Positions 8,443 through 16,387 of a stretch of 64,000 nucleotides of DNA are shown piece by piece. Within the stretch, counting starts at the first letter, position 1; every line of letters begins with the position of its first letter. This DNA is from an uncultured Candidatus Saccharibacteria bacterium. Its GTDB lineage: Bacteria > Patescibacteriota > Minisyncoccia > Phycocordibacterales > Phycocordibacteraceae. The notes beneath the pieces were generated by a model. The model was not told the DNA's origin. It ran no database searches and saw only the letters and a list, made by a program, of their open reading frames with translations. Both the position numbers and the translations under genes were made by a program. Location of the stretch: positions 54 to 64,053 of the forward strand of contig CAYXYP010000005.1 of the NCBI GenBank assembly GCA_964469405.1. Reading direction: 5' to 3'.

Positions 8443-9318
8443 TTATAGCTGTACAAACAGAATCATCAGTCCGATAAACAATCCCGCTACACTGACGAGA
8501 ACAATCAGTACTGTATTTAACATTACCATGGACTGAATAGAGGCCTTGGCGAGCGGATTGCGTCCTACGGAAATAATACTGTCTCTCATGTTCGAACCGA
8601 AATTCCTAAACGCGACGTAGACAGAGCCCACTACGACAATGGTAGCAAGTAAATATTTGATTAACGTAGCGAGCGACGTGGATACACCGAACATGTCTAG
8701 ACTTGAAGTTTGCTCATTTTCCCCGGCAGCATTGACAGCGATCAACTCTCCATCTCCGCCACTATCCAATAATTTTGGGCCGATAGCGAGCAATACGCGG
8801 ATAGAACCCCCATCCACCGTCGTGGTACTCACGACACTCGGCGTAGCATTCGATAAAGCGGGGAAGGAATCAAGAGCAATACCAAGAACAACTGATGTTG
8901 AAGGGCCAGCTTTCTGACCTTTGCCGGGGATGGATGATGATGTGATATAGTCTCCGGCACTAATTGGACCATTCGCCGTTGTCACTTGCACATACACCTC
9001 CCCTGAACTGACGAGCGGAACGCTCTCCGTACTCGTACGGAGCAAAATTGCCGGATTAGTCACTACAACCCCGAACAAGTTCGAGTCGCTAATTACTTGC
9101 GCCAGACGAAATGTCTGCGTAGACCGGTCAAACGACACGAGATCCCCAGACTCTGCTACACCTCCCGTAATAAGTTGGGTTCGAGCGATGGAAGTCTCCC
9201 CGAATTGCGCATATGCTTCAGAAGGGAGGGTAAATACAGCGAGATTCAGTAGAAACATCATTGATCCTGCTATACCAACAATGAGCGTTCGGCGAGGATA
9301 ATTCGAAATAACGCCCAT
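8443..9318 (-). CDS. Exported beta-rich domain fused to a C-terminal subunit-c-like TM hairpin lacking the acidic residue
   Basis: Signal-like N-terminus (…SEAYAQ); domain GDLVS..FGVV..VPLVSSGEVYVQVTTANGPISAGDYITSSSIPGKGQKA..LGIALD; two C-terminal TMs joined by IISVGRNPLAKASIQ; occupies the atpE position. Confidence 0.75.
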   Translation of the reverse strand: MGVISNYPRRTLIVGIAGSMMFLLNLAVFTLPSEAYAQFGETSIARTQLITGGVAESGDLVSFDRSTQTFRLAQVISDSNLFGVVVTNPAILLRTSTESVPLVSSGEVYVQVTTANGPISAGDYITSSSIPGKGQKAGPSTSVVLGIALDSFPALSNATPSVVSTTTVDGGSIRVLLAIGPKLLDSGGDGELIAVNAAGENEQTSSLDMFGVSTSLATLIKYLLATIVVVGSVYVAFRNFGSNMRDSIISVGRNPLAKASIQSMVMLNTVLIVLVSVAGLFIGLMILFVQL

Positions 9319-9320
9319 AT

Positions 9321-10052
9321 TTATTGAGTTCCATGCGCAAATACACCTGCCACTTGCAGGGGAATACGAGCAACAGCAATGGAGAAATCATCGCCAATGC
9401 CTACGATAGTATCCATAGTGACATATGCGATTGCTGGTGCAGCGACCGCAATACCATATGCAAGAGTCACATCTGCCTCTATGACAGCATGTGTCGCATC
9501 TATTACAAATTCTCCAAACACGAGAGGCGCCTGCCCAATGATCGTCGGGAAATCTTGCAGTGTACCCATCGACTGCAGGAAGACGGGATTGGATTGGATT
9601 GCAATTGTGATAAATTCTGCTGCAATTGCAATGAAAACTATGAATACAGCCACAGCCACTACCTCAATCCATTGAGGAGTATTGTTCTTGGGTTTATAAG
9701 AATAAACACTGTGGTGCGTTGTTATAGTATGAGGCTCTCCAGAAGAAAATGTTACTGCTACAGCCGGAGGAGGTATGTAGTAGGCTTGTTGTTCCTGTAC
9801 GCGTGGAGGTACGGGCTCGGGTGTGAGTTTAGCTATTTTAGGTGCGAACTTTTTATGAGGTATCTGTTTCCCCTTTTTCGCAACGAAATGCTCGAGGGAA
9901 TTCTGCTCTATAAGCCAGCTTCGGCCCAGTCGACGTGCATTAATTTTCTTAGTCCGAACAAGATGTGCAACGTAACTCGATGTATATTTAAAAAGATTAG
10001 CCGCTTCTTTAGTCGTAATAAAACCTTCATGGAGAGTTGTAGTTTCATTCAT
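9321..10052 (-). CDS. Excisionase-like HTH membrane protein, first gene of the ATPase-like operon
   Basis: ITTKEAANLFKYTSSYVAHLVRTKKINARRLGRSWLIEQNSL; TM WIEVVAVAVFIVFIAIAAEFITIAI; stop 2 nt before the next ATG; ATG 10052 (track uses TTG 10070). Confidence 0.8.
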   Translation of the reverse strand: MNETTTLHEGFITTKEAANLFKYTSSYVAHLVRTKKINARRLGRSWLIEQNSLEHFVAKKGKQIPHKKFAPKIAKLTPEPVPPRVQEQQAYYIPPPAVAVTFSSGEPHTITTHHSVYSYKPKNNTPQWIEVVAVAVFIVFIAIAAEFITIAIQSNPVFLQSMGTLQDFPTIIGQAPLVFGEFVIDATHAVIEADVTLAYGIAVAAPAIAYVTMDTIVGIGDDFSIAVARIPLQVAGVFAHGTQ

Positions 10053-10086
10053 ATTGGATACGTCAATCAATTTTTATTTTACAGGA

Positions 10087-10137
10087 TTTTTCTAAACAAA
10101 CACTCCACACTGTGTGGACAATGATTTCGTTAGAAAA
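10087..10137. promoter_or_regulatory. Nested inverted repeat, candidate operator upstream of the ATPase-like operon
   Basis: TCCACAC-T-GTGTGGA at 10104-10118 inside TTTTCTAA...TTAGAAAA; overlaps a DnaA-box-like TGTGGACAA. Confidence 0.35.
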
Positions 10138-10298
10138 CTATTCCGACTAGATGCGCAAATAATATCCACCTCTAGGATGTTATTAGAGATAGATCAAACA
10201 ACTTGCTAAAAAAATAATCGCTAAGAAAATTAATTTTTACAATTCTGATGCTAAATATGCCAGCTTGTCATTGCGAGACAAGAAATCTTGCAAATAAA

Positions 10299-11081
10299 CT
10301 ACCTATTATATAGCGTTACTCCACTAAATGTACTTACTTGGGTAAACGAGGTTACATATGTGTCTAAATATCCAGTGTTAATTACGGCGAGAACAAGTAG
10401 GATTGCTGCAAATAACATCCCCACTATTGGTAACGCCCTTACTACAAGCGATTTATCTCTTCCTACCTCTGTGAACTCAACAATTTGGTTGTACTCCTTA
10501 TGCGGAATGTCTTTAGTATTAATAGGTAAAAGCTCCTTAGGGAGAGCTTCGTATACAACATGAATAGGCACGTTTACGTCGTTATCTTCACTCCCCTCTT
10601 CTGGAGCAGGGTCCTCCTTCCCTATCTCTTCTTTACCCAAATTTTCAGGTGTCGGAATCGGATTTACTTGCTCCGAATTCGCCTCTACATGATCAAACCA
10701 GGCTCGCCATGAGTCCTGTAGGCGATGAGCTACCCCTACATCCTCCTCTTGACTGCCTTCGGTGGCCGATATTCTCTCGTCCTTAAGATGATGTATTGAG
10801 GGAAGTTTTTCCGGCATAAAAGTCTCGTATCGAGGGGATTCCCAGGTAGTAGGGGGTACGGGCACGAGTGATTCTTCCTGTATTTTTTTCTCGGCTCCAT
10901 GTTCACCGAACCGATGGTCCTCAATAGCAGTTTCAAGAACATACCAACTACGTCCGACAAGTCTTGCCGGCACACGTCCCTCCCGACAGAGTTGTCCAAC
11001 ATAATCTTTTGCGTAGCCCGTTATTTTAGCGGCTCGTTTTGACGATACGTATTTCTTTTCTTCTATGAGGATCTCATCCAT
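10299..11081 (-). CDS. Excisionase-like HTH protein with acidic linker and C-terminal TM anchor
   Basis: YVSSKRAAKITGYAKDYVGQLCREGRVPARLVGRSWYVLETAI; Glu/Pro-rich linker; TM ALPIVGMLFAAILLVLAVI. Confidence 0.82.
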   Translation of the reverse strand: MDEILIEEKKYVSSKRAAKITGYAKDYVGQLCREGRVPARLVGRSWYVLETAIEDHRFGEHGAEKKIQEESLVPVPPTTWESPRYETFMPEKLPSIHHLKDERISATEGSQEEDVGVAHRLQDSWRAWFDHVEANSEQVNPIPTPENLGKEEIGKEDPAPEEGSEDNDVNVPIHVVYEALPKELLPINTKDIPHKEYNQIVEFTEVGRDKSLVVRALPIVGMLFAAILLVLAVINTGYLDTYVTSFTQVSTFSGVTLYNR

Positions 11082-11162
11082 AGCCGTAGTATAGCCATAT
11101 CTTGGCTAGTATGGAAGAGTTGTTCACACTCACCCTAGCAAGTCTCATTTCTCGTCTGCCAG

Positions 11163-12605
11163 TTAAGCAATTTCTTTTATAATTAAGTCTTTAAGCATAG
11201 CGGGGTTGCCCGCGCCCTTGGTCGCCTTCATGCTTTTCCCAATGAGATATTGTAGTGCTGCCGCCTTCCCGACACGGTACTCTTCAACAGCCCGTACCTC
11301 TTCTTTAAGTACTTCTCGAATAGCCGACAGGAGAACCTCGGCATCGTGAGACTGTATGAGACCATGTTCTTTTGCGATCAACTCTGGATCGCCACCGGCT
11401 CTATACAGCCTGACGAGAATGTCCTTTGCGCCTCGTGAAGATACATCCCCTTCTTGAATCATCCTCATAAGTTTTGAAAATCCCTTAGAAAAATCCATTG
11501 CGTCAGGAGTGCTCGCTGGCTCGGGTGCGTTCGTGTCATCTTGCATAAGACCAACGATATCCGAAACGATATAATTCGCAGCTAGACTGATGAGAGTCGT
11601 ATTATTATTGTTTGAAGCGTTCTTGATTACATTTTCAAATAAATCATTTATGAATTTATTTTCCGGCTGAATAAGCACGCCAACATATTCCTTGCGCACA
11701 CCGAGTGATTCGTAACGAGCACGACGCTCCCATGGAAGTTCCGGTAATGCTGCTTCCAATTTCTCTGAGGAAAATTCAGAAATCTCTGAGAGAAAAAGTT
11801 TCGGTAAATCTGGTTCTGGAAAGTAACGGTAATCGGCGCTTCCCTCTTTGAAACGCTGGTGAAAAGTTACTTGTTTTGTTTCGTCCCATCCGCGAGTCTC
11901 TTGCGCCACCTTCCCCCCTGTTTCAAGGAGGGCAATCTGCCGTTCTATCTCAAACGCAATAGCACGCTCAACAGAACGAAATGAGTTGATATTTTTCACC
12001 TCAACTTTCGTGCCAAACTTGCTCTCATCAGCCGAAACAGAGATATTCGCTTCTATGCGCATTTCGCCTTTTTCAAGGTTTGCTTCGCTTGCGCCAAGCG
12101 TGCGGAGGAGGAGCTGTAATTCGCGTGCAAAGCGCCCCGCCGTCTCGGCATCTTTCAGTACCGGTTCCGTAACCAGTTCCATAAGTGGGATACCGGCGCG
12201 ATTGAAATCAACAAGACTCTTTCCCGCAGTATGAATCGAGCGTGCGGTGTCCTCTTCGAGATGCACTCGAGTAATCGCAACGCCCAGGAGTTCGCCGCCA
12301 CTAATAAATGGGTGCTCATATTGACTGATCTGATACCCCTTCGGAATATCCGGGTAGAAATAACTTTTTCGATCAAATTCACTAAAGTCAGCAATCTTGC
12401 CTTTGATCGCAGTTCCGATACGCATAATATGCTTCACCGCTTCTTGATTGATGATTGGCAAAGTACCCGGGTGTGCCATGCAAACCGGACACACATTTAT
12501 ATTAGGCCGCATTTCATCAGGATCATTCGCAGAATCGCAGAACATTTTAGTTCGCGTTTTCAATTCAGCATGGACTTCAAGACCAATGGTTGGGCGGTAC
12601 ATCAT
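11163..12605 (-). CDS. gatB: Asp/Glu-tRNA amidotransferase subunit B
   Basis: IGLEVHAEL, CPVCMAHPGTLP, FDRKSYFYPDIPKGYQISQ, HLEEDTA, DFNRAGIPLMELVTEP, VEVKNINSF, DYRYFPEPDLP. Confidence 0.97.
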   Translation of the reverse strand: MMYRPTIGLEVHAELKTRTKMFCDSANDPDEMRPNINVCPVCMAHPGTLPIINQEAVKHIMRIGTAIKGKIADFSEFDRKSYFYPDIPKGYQISQYEHPFISGGELLGVAITRVHLEEDTARSIHTAGKSLVDFNRAGIPLMELVTEPVLKDAETAGRFARELQLLLRTLGASEANLEKGEMRIEANISVSADESKFGTKVEVKNINSFRSVERAIAFEIERQIALLETGGKVAQETRGWDETKQVTFHQRFKEGSADYRYFPEPDLPKLFLSEISEFSSEKLEAALPELPWERRARYESLGVRKEYVGVLIQPENKFINDLFENVIKNASNNNNTTLISLAANYIVSDIVGLMQDDTNAPEPASTPDAMDFSKGFSKLMRMIQEGDVSSRGAKDILVRLYRAGGDPELIAKEHGLIQSHDAEVLLSAIREVLKEEVRAVEEYRVGKAAALQYLIGKSMKATKGAGNPAMLKDLIIKEIA

Positions 12606-12671
12606 GGACTATATGGAGTATGGAGGTAGTCTATAGCAGATAGCACAGCGGGGGAAGCTCCCTTCAACCGG

Positions 12672-13649
12672 TTATGTCCCGGTCGAAAATATCTTAATGA
12701 GCGTATCTGAAAATTTCTTTAAAGCTTTAGCGTCCTCTACCGAAACGGAGAGCACGTCCCTTCCTGTCTCCATACTAAGTAACTGCATCTTTATTTTGCA
12801 CTCTTCTGGAGTAATGAGGTCCGTCTTAGATAAGACTATTATTTCACGCTTCGAAGTCAAACCGTGTCCAAACAATTCTATTTCTCTATGTACCTCTTTA
12901 TATGCGGCCAAAGTATCGTCTTGATCTGCCGAGACAAGATGCAAAAGAATACCTGTTCTTTCAACATGTCTTAGGAACTTTATACCGAGACCTCGGCCAG
13001 ACGAGGCTCCTTCTATAAGTCCTGGTATGTCGGCGAGTATATAGCCGTACAGCTCACCGAGGTTTGGTTCGAGTGTTGTAAATGGGTAGTCGCCAACCTT
13101 TGACTTGGCCCGCGTAAGAGCATTTAAAAGCGATGATTTCCCTGCATTTGGTAATCCTATTAGTCCTGCATCCGCAATAATCTTAAGCGTGAGCTCAAGA
13201 GCCCCACCCTTCCCTTTTTTGCCCAGCGTCTGCTCGAAAGGATTCTGATTTGTTGAACTCTTAAAGCGGGCGTTACCGAGCCCTCCTTTACCGCCGCGAA
13301 AGAGAACGATCTGTTCATCTTCCTTTGAAATCTCATACTCCTCACCGGTCTCTACGACACGCACAAATGTTCCAACTGGTACCTTGAGCAGAGTATCTGC
13401 GCCGTCTTTACCCTGCTTCAATTCTCCCTTTCCCGCTACGCCATCTTCAGCATGAAATTTCTTCTCGTAACGATAGTGTGCCAGGGCAGCAAGATCGCGT
13501 ACGCCAACAAGAATGACGTCCCCGCCTCGGCCACCGTCACCCCCAGAAGGCCCCCCTCGTGCGGATTCTTTGGTACGGAGCCATCGGACGACACCGTCGC
13601 CTCCTTTCCCCGACTCCGCATGTATTTTTGCCTCATCAACAAATGCCAT
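12672..13649 (-). CDS. obgE: GTPase Obg/CgtA (no C-terminal OCT domain)
   Basis: FVDEAKI, GGPSGGDGGRGGDV, GLPNAGKSS, DYPFTTLEPNLG, DIPGLIEGA, FLRHVER. Confidence 0.97.
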   Translation of the reverse strand: MAFVDEAKIHAESGKGGDGVVRWLRTKESARGGPSGGDGGRGGDVILVGVRDLAALAHYRYEKKFHAEDGVAGKGELKQGKDGADTLLKVPVGTFVRVVETGEEYEISKEDEQIVLFRGGKGGLGNARFKSSTNQNPFEQTLGKKGKGGALELTLKIIADAGLIGLPNAGKSSLLNALTRAKSKVGDYPFTTLEPNLGELYGYILADIPGLIEGASSGRGLGIKFLRHVERTGILLHLVSADQDDTLAAYKEVHREIELFGHGLTSKREIIVLSKTDLITPEECKIKMQLLSMETGRDVLSVSVEDAKALKKFSDTLIKIFSTGT

Positions 13650-13682
13650 AGATGCACCTTAGCACAAAACGGAAATTGGGGT

Positions 13683-16280
13683 TTAGGTAACGATTTCCCA
13701 GCCTTCTGCCAAAAGCGGCTCTGCTTTTTTGAATTTAAGCGTCTGCGTCGTATCACCTTTCTTGATAGTGACGAAATCATTGCGATTATGCTGAAACACT
13801 TTCTTGATAGGGGTAGACGCACTTTCTTCTTCCTTGCCAGCCGAGAGCGCTGCGGTTCGCACTTTTGCTTCTTCAGCACGAATACGGGCATCCTCCGCCG
13901 GAACAAGCCGCGGTAATGCTTCGGTAACCGCCGTACTGATACTCTCTTCGAGCTGCCGGAACCGCATAAGCCCCTCGCGCCGATACTCTATCAGTGGGTC
14001 TCTCTGGCCATATGCTCGAAGCGACACCGAGCGTCGCAAATAATCCATAGTCTCAAGATGTTCAAACCAAAACGTATCGACAACTTGCAAAAGAAGGCGC
14101 CGCAGATGCGCAATAAACGAATCGCCAAATTCAATTTTCTTTGCGGCAAGGATGGCTTCCACATCAGACCCTCCGCGCGTTCCTTCGGACGTCGTATGTT
14201 CGGAGGTGTGCTCCCCACCCCCCGCATCAGAACTCCCGCCAGGAAGTGTTTTGTCACCGAGAAGTACGCGGATAAGTTCTTCCATCTCAGCATCGCTTCC
14301 GATAAGTGCGGCGCGGCGGCGTGCGTACATAGCGAGACGCTGAGTGTTCATCACGTCATCGTAGGCAAGAACTTGTTTGCGCGAGTCGAAGTTGAATCCC
14401 TCAATCCGTTCCTGTGCGGTTTCTAAAGAACGTGTAATCATCGAACTCTCAATCGGCTCGTCCTCGGGAATACCAAATCCGCCCATCACTTTTTTTAACG
14501 TCTCTGAGGCAAAGACCCGCATAAGCTTGTCCTCCAAGGAAACATAAAAACGCGTCTCGCCCGGATCACCCTGACGACCGGAACGCCCGCGCAACTGATT
14601 GTCGATACGGCGCGCATCATGCCGCTCGGTACCGATCACCGCAAGTCCACCTTTCTCAAGAATTGCAGCGCGCTCTTCGTTTGAAGCGAGCGCCCCGCCA
14701 AGCTTGATATCAACGCCACGACCAGCAAGATTTGTTGCAACCGTCACTCGACCTTCCTTGCCTGCCTCGGCAATGATCTCACCCTCACGCTCATGATTCT
14801 TCGCGTTCAATACCTCGTGGGGAACGCCCGCGCTAGTGAGATACGTACTCACTAGCTCATTATCCTCGATGGAGACCGTCCCTACGAGTACCGGCTGTCC
14901 ACGTTCATGTCGCTCCTTCACTGCGCGCGCAACAGCACGATACTTGCCGGCAGTAGTTTGGAAGATTGCATCATCATAATCTTTACGCTTCAAGGGTTTA
15001 TTGGTCGGCACTACAACAACCTCAAGTCCATAGACCGTATAAAATTCTTCCTCGGAGGAGAGGCCTGTGCCCGTCATGCCAGCAAGCCGCTTGTACATGC
15101 GGAAAAGATTTTGAAATGTGACTGTCGCATACGTCCGCGTTTCCTCATGTATGCTCACACCCTCTTTTGCCTCAATCGCCTGATGCAGACCCTCAGACCA
15201 ACGTCGCCCGGGCTGCATCCTTCCGGTAAATTCATCCACGATAACGATCTCATTGTCACGTACGACATATTCCTTGTCCTTATGGAAAAGGGCTTTCGCG
15301 CGCACCGCCGTCTCGAGATGGTGCGCGTATTTTACCCCTCCTTCCGTGTAAATATTTTCAAGACCAAGTGCAACTTCAGCTTTGTGCATTCCTGACTCGG
15401 TGATTTGAATCGCCTTCTGTTTCTCATCAACGGTATAGTCTTCATTTTCGTTCATGTTGCGGACGATCCCCACAAAACGTTCGTAGAACCCTTGCGAATC
15501 ACCTGCAGGTCCCGAGATAATGAGCGGTGTGCGAGCTTCGTCTATGAGAATAGAGTCGACCTCGTCGATAATCGCGTAGTGATACTCCCGTTGGACGATC
15601 TGTGATGCGTCGTAGGCGGTGTTGTCGCGCAGATAATCAAAACCGAGTTCGTTGTTGGTTACATAGGTGATGTCGGCGGCATATGCTTCTTTTTTGGTTA
15701 CGGGATGTAGATAGTCATAGAACACCTTGAACGAACCTTCGACATCGCGTTCTGCATCTTCTTCGGGAGCAATGTGTGAAGCGTCATACCGGTACGAACC
15801 GGCCCCCGTGACAACGCCGACCGTAAGGCCATAGAAGTTATAGACCTGCCCCATCCATACACCGTCACGACGAGCGAGGTAATCATTCACGGTGACGACT
15901 TGGACACCATTGCCCGCAAGTGCATGGAAGGTCGCCGGAAGCGTAGCAACAAGCGTTTTACCTTCGCCGGTACGCATTTCAGAAATTTTGCCTCGCAGTA
16001 GAGATAACCCGCCAATGAGCTGTACATCGAAATGGGGCTGGTGGAGCGTACGGCGCGCCGCCTCGCGTACGAGCGCAAACACCAGCGGAATATCTGTTTC
16101 AGGAGTCGCGCCAGCTGTCTTCGCCCGAGTGCGCACTTCGAGTAATCGTTCACGCAATGTGGAATCGGGGAGTCCAACAAATTCCTCTGTGAACGTATTT
16201 GTCTCCGTAATAACGGGCGCCGCAGCCTTTAAAAAGGCCGCGGATTGATTTTTTGAAAAAAAGCGAGACAGTCCGAACAT
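13683..16280 (-). CDS. secA: Protein translocase subunit SecA
   Basis: EMRTGEGKT, VTVNDYLARRD, IIDEVDSILIDEARTPLIIS, DEFTGR, GLHQAIEAKE, ATNLAGRGVDI, QLRGRSGRQGDPG, YGQRDPLIEY. Confidence 0.98.
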   Translation of the reverse strand: MFGLSRFFSKNQSAAFLKAAAPVITETNTFTEEFVGLPDSTLRERLLEVRTRAKTAGATPETDIPLVFALVREAARRTLHQPHFDVQLIGGLSLLRGKISEMRTGEGKTLVATLPATFHALAGNGVQVVTVNDYLARRDGVWMGQVYNFYGLTVGVVTGAGSYRYDASHIAPEEDAERDVEGSFKVFYDYLHPVTKKEAYAADITYVTNNELGFDYLRDNTAYDASQIVQREYHYAIIDEVDSILIDEARTPLIISGPAGDSQGFYERFVGIVRNMNENEDYTVDEKQKAIQITESGMHKAEVALGLENIYTEGGVKYAHHLETAVRAKALFHKDKEYVVRDNEIVIVDEFTGRMQPGRRWSEGLHQAIEAKEGVSIHEETRTYATVTFQNLFRMYKRLAGMTGTGLSSEEEFYTVYGLEVVVVPTNKPLKRKDYDDAIFQTTAGKYRAVARAVKERHERGQPVLVGTVSIEDNELVSTYLTSAGVPHEVLNAKNHEREGEIIAEAGKEGRVTVATNLAGRGVDIKLGGALASNEERAAILEKGGLAVIGTERHDARRIDNQLRGRSGRQGDPGETRFYVSLEDKLMRVFASETLKKVMGGFGIPEDEPIESSMITRSLETAQERIEGFNFDSRKQVLAYDDVMNTQRLAMYARRRAALIGSDAEMEELIRVLLGDKTLPGGSSDAGGGEHTSEHTTSEGTRGGSDVEAILAAKKIEFGDSFIAHLRRLLLQVVDTFWFEHLETMDYLRRSVSLRAYGQRDPLIEYRREGLMRFRQLEESISTAVTEALPRLVPAEDARIRAEEAKVRTAALSAGKEEESASTPIKKVFQHNRNDFVTIKKGDTTQTLKFKKAEPLLAEGWEIVT

Positions 16281-16312
16281 TGCGGCATACTATATCACCT
16301 AATGTACTCGGT

Positions 16313-16363
16313 GGCTAAAAAGAAAAACGTCCCGCTGTATGCGGGGCGTTTTTCTTTTTAGCC
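16313..16363. terminator. Long hairpin, intrinsic terminator downstream of the basic peptide gene
   Basis: GGCTAAAAAGAAAAACGTCCCGC-tgtat-GCGGGGCGTTTTTCTTTTTAGCC, 23-bp arms with one non-Watson-Crick pair. Confidence 0.8.
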
Positions 16364-16387
16364 TACAGTTGTGAGGCAGCTATAAAA

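Noticed and set aside
3234-9318. Calling the cluster an ordinary F1Fo ATP synthase, an N-ATPase, a V-type ATPase or a FliI/T3SS ATPase
   Set aside because: No subunit a and no acidic c. The order is not the N-ATPase order (D-C-Q-R-B-E-F-A-G). Distinct alpha, beta, gamma and epsilon with F-type motifs exclude V-type and homohexameric export ATPases.
9321-11081. Excisionase-like HTH genes as evidence for a prophage or integrative element
   Set aside because: No integrase, att-like repeats, tRNA or phage structural genes seen; all three HTHs are fused to TM segments
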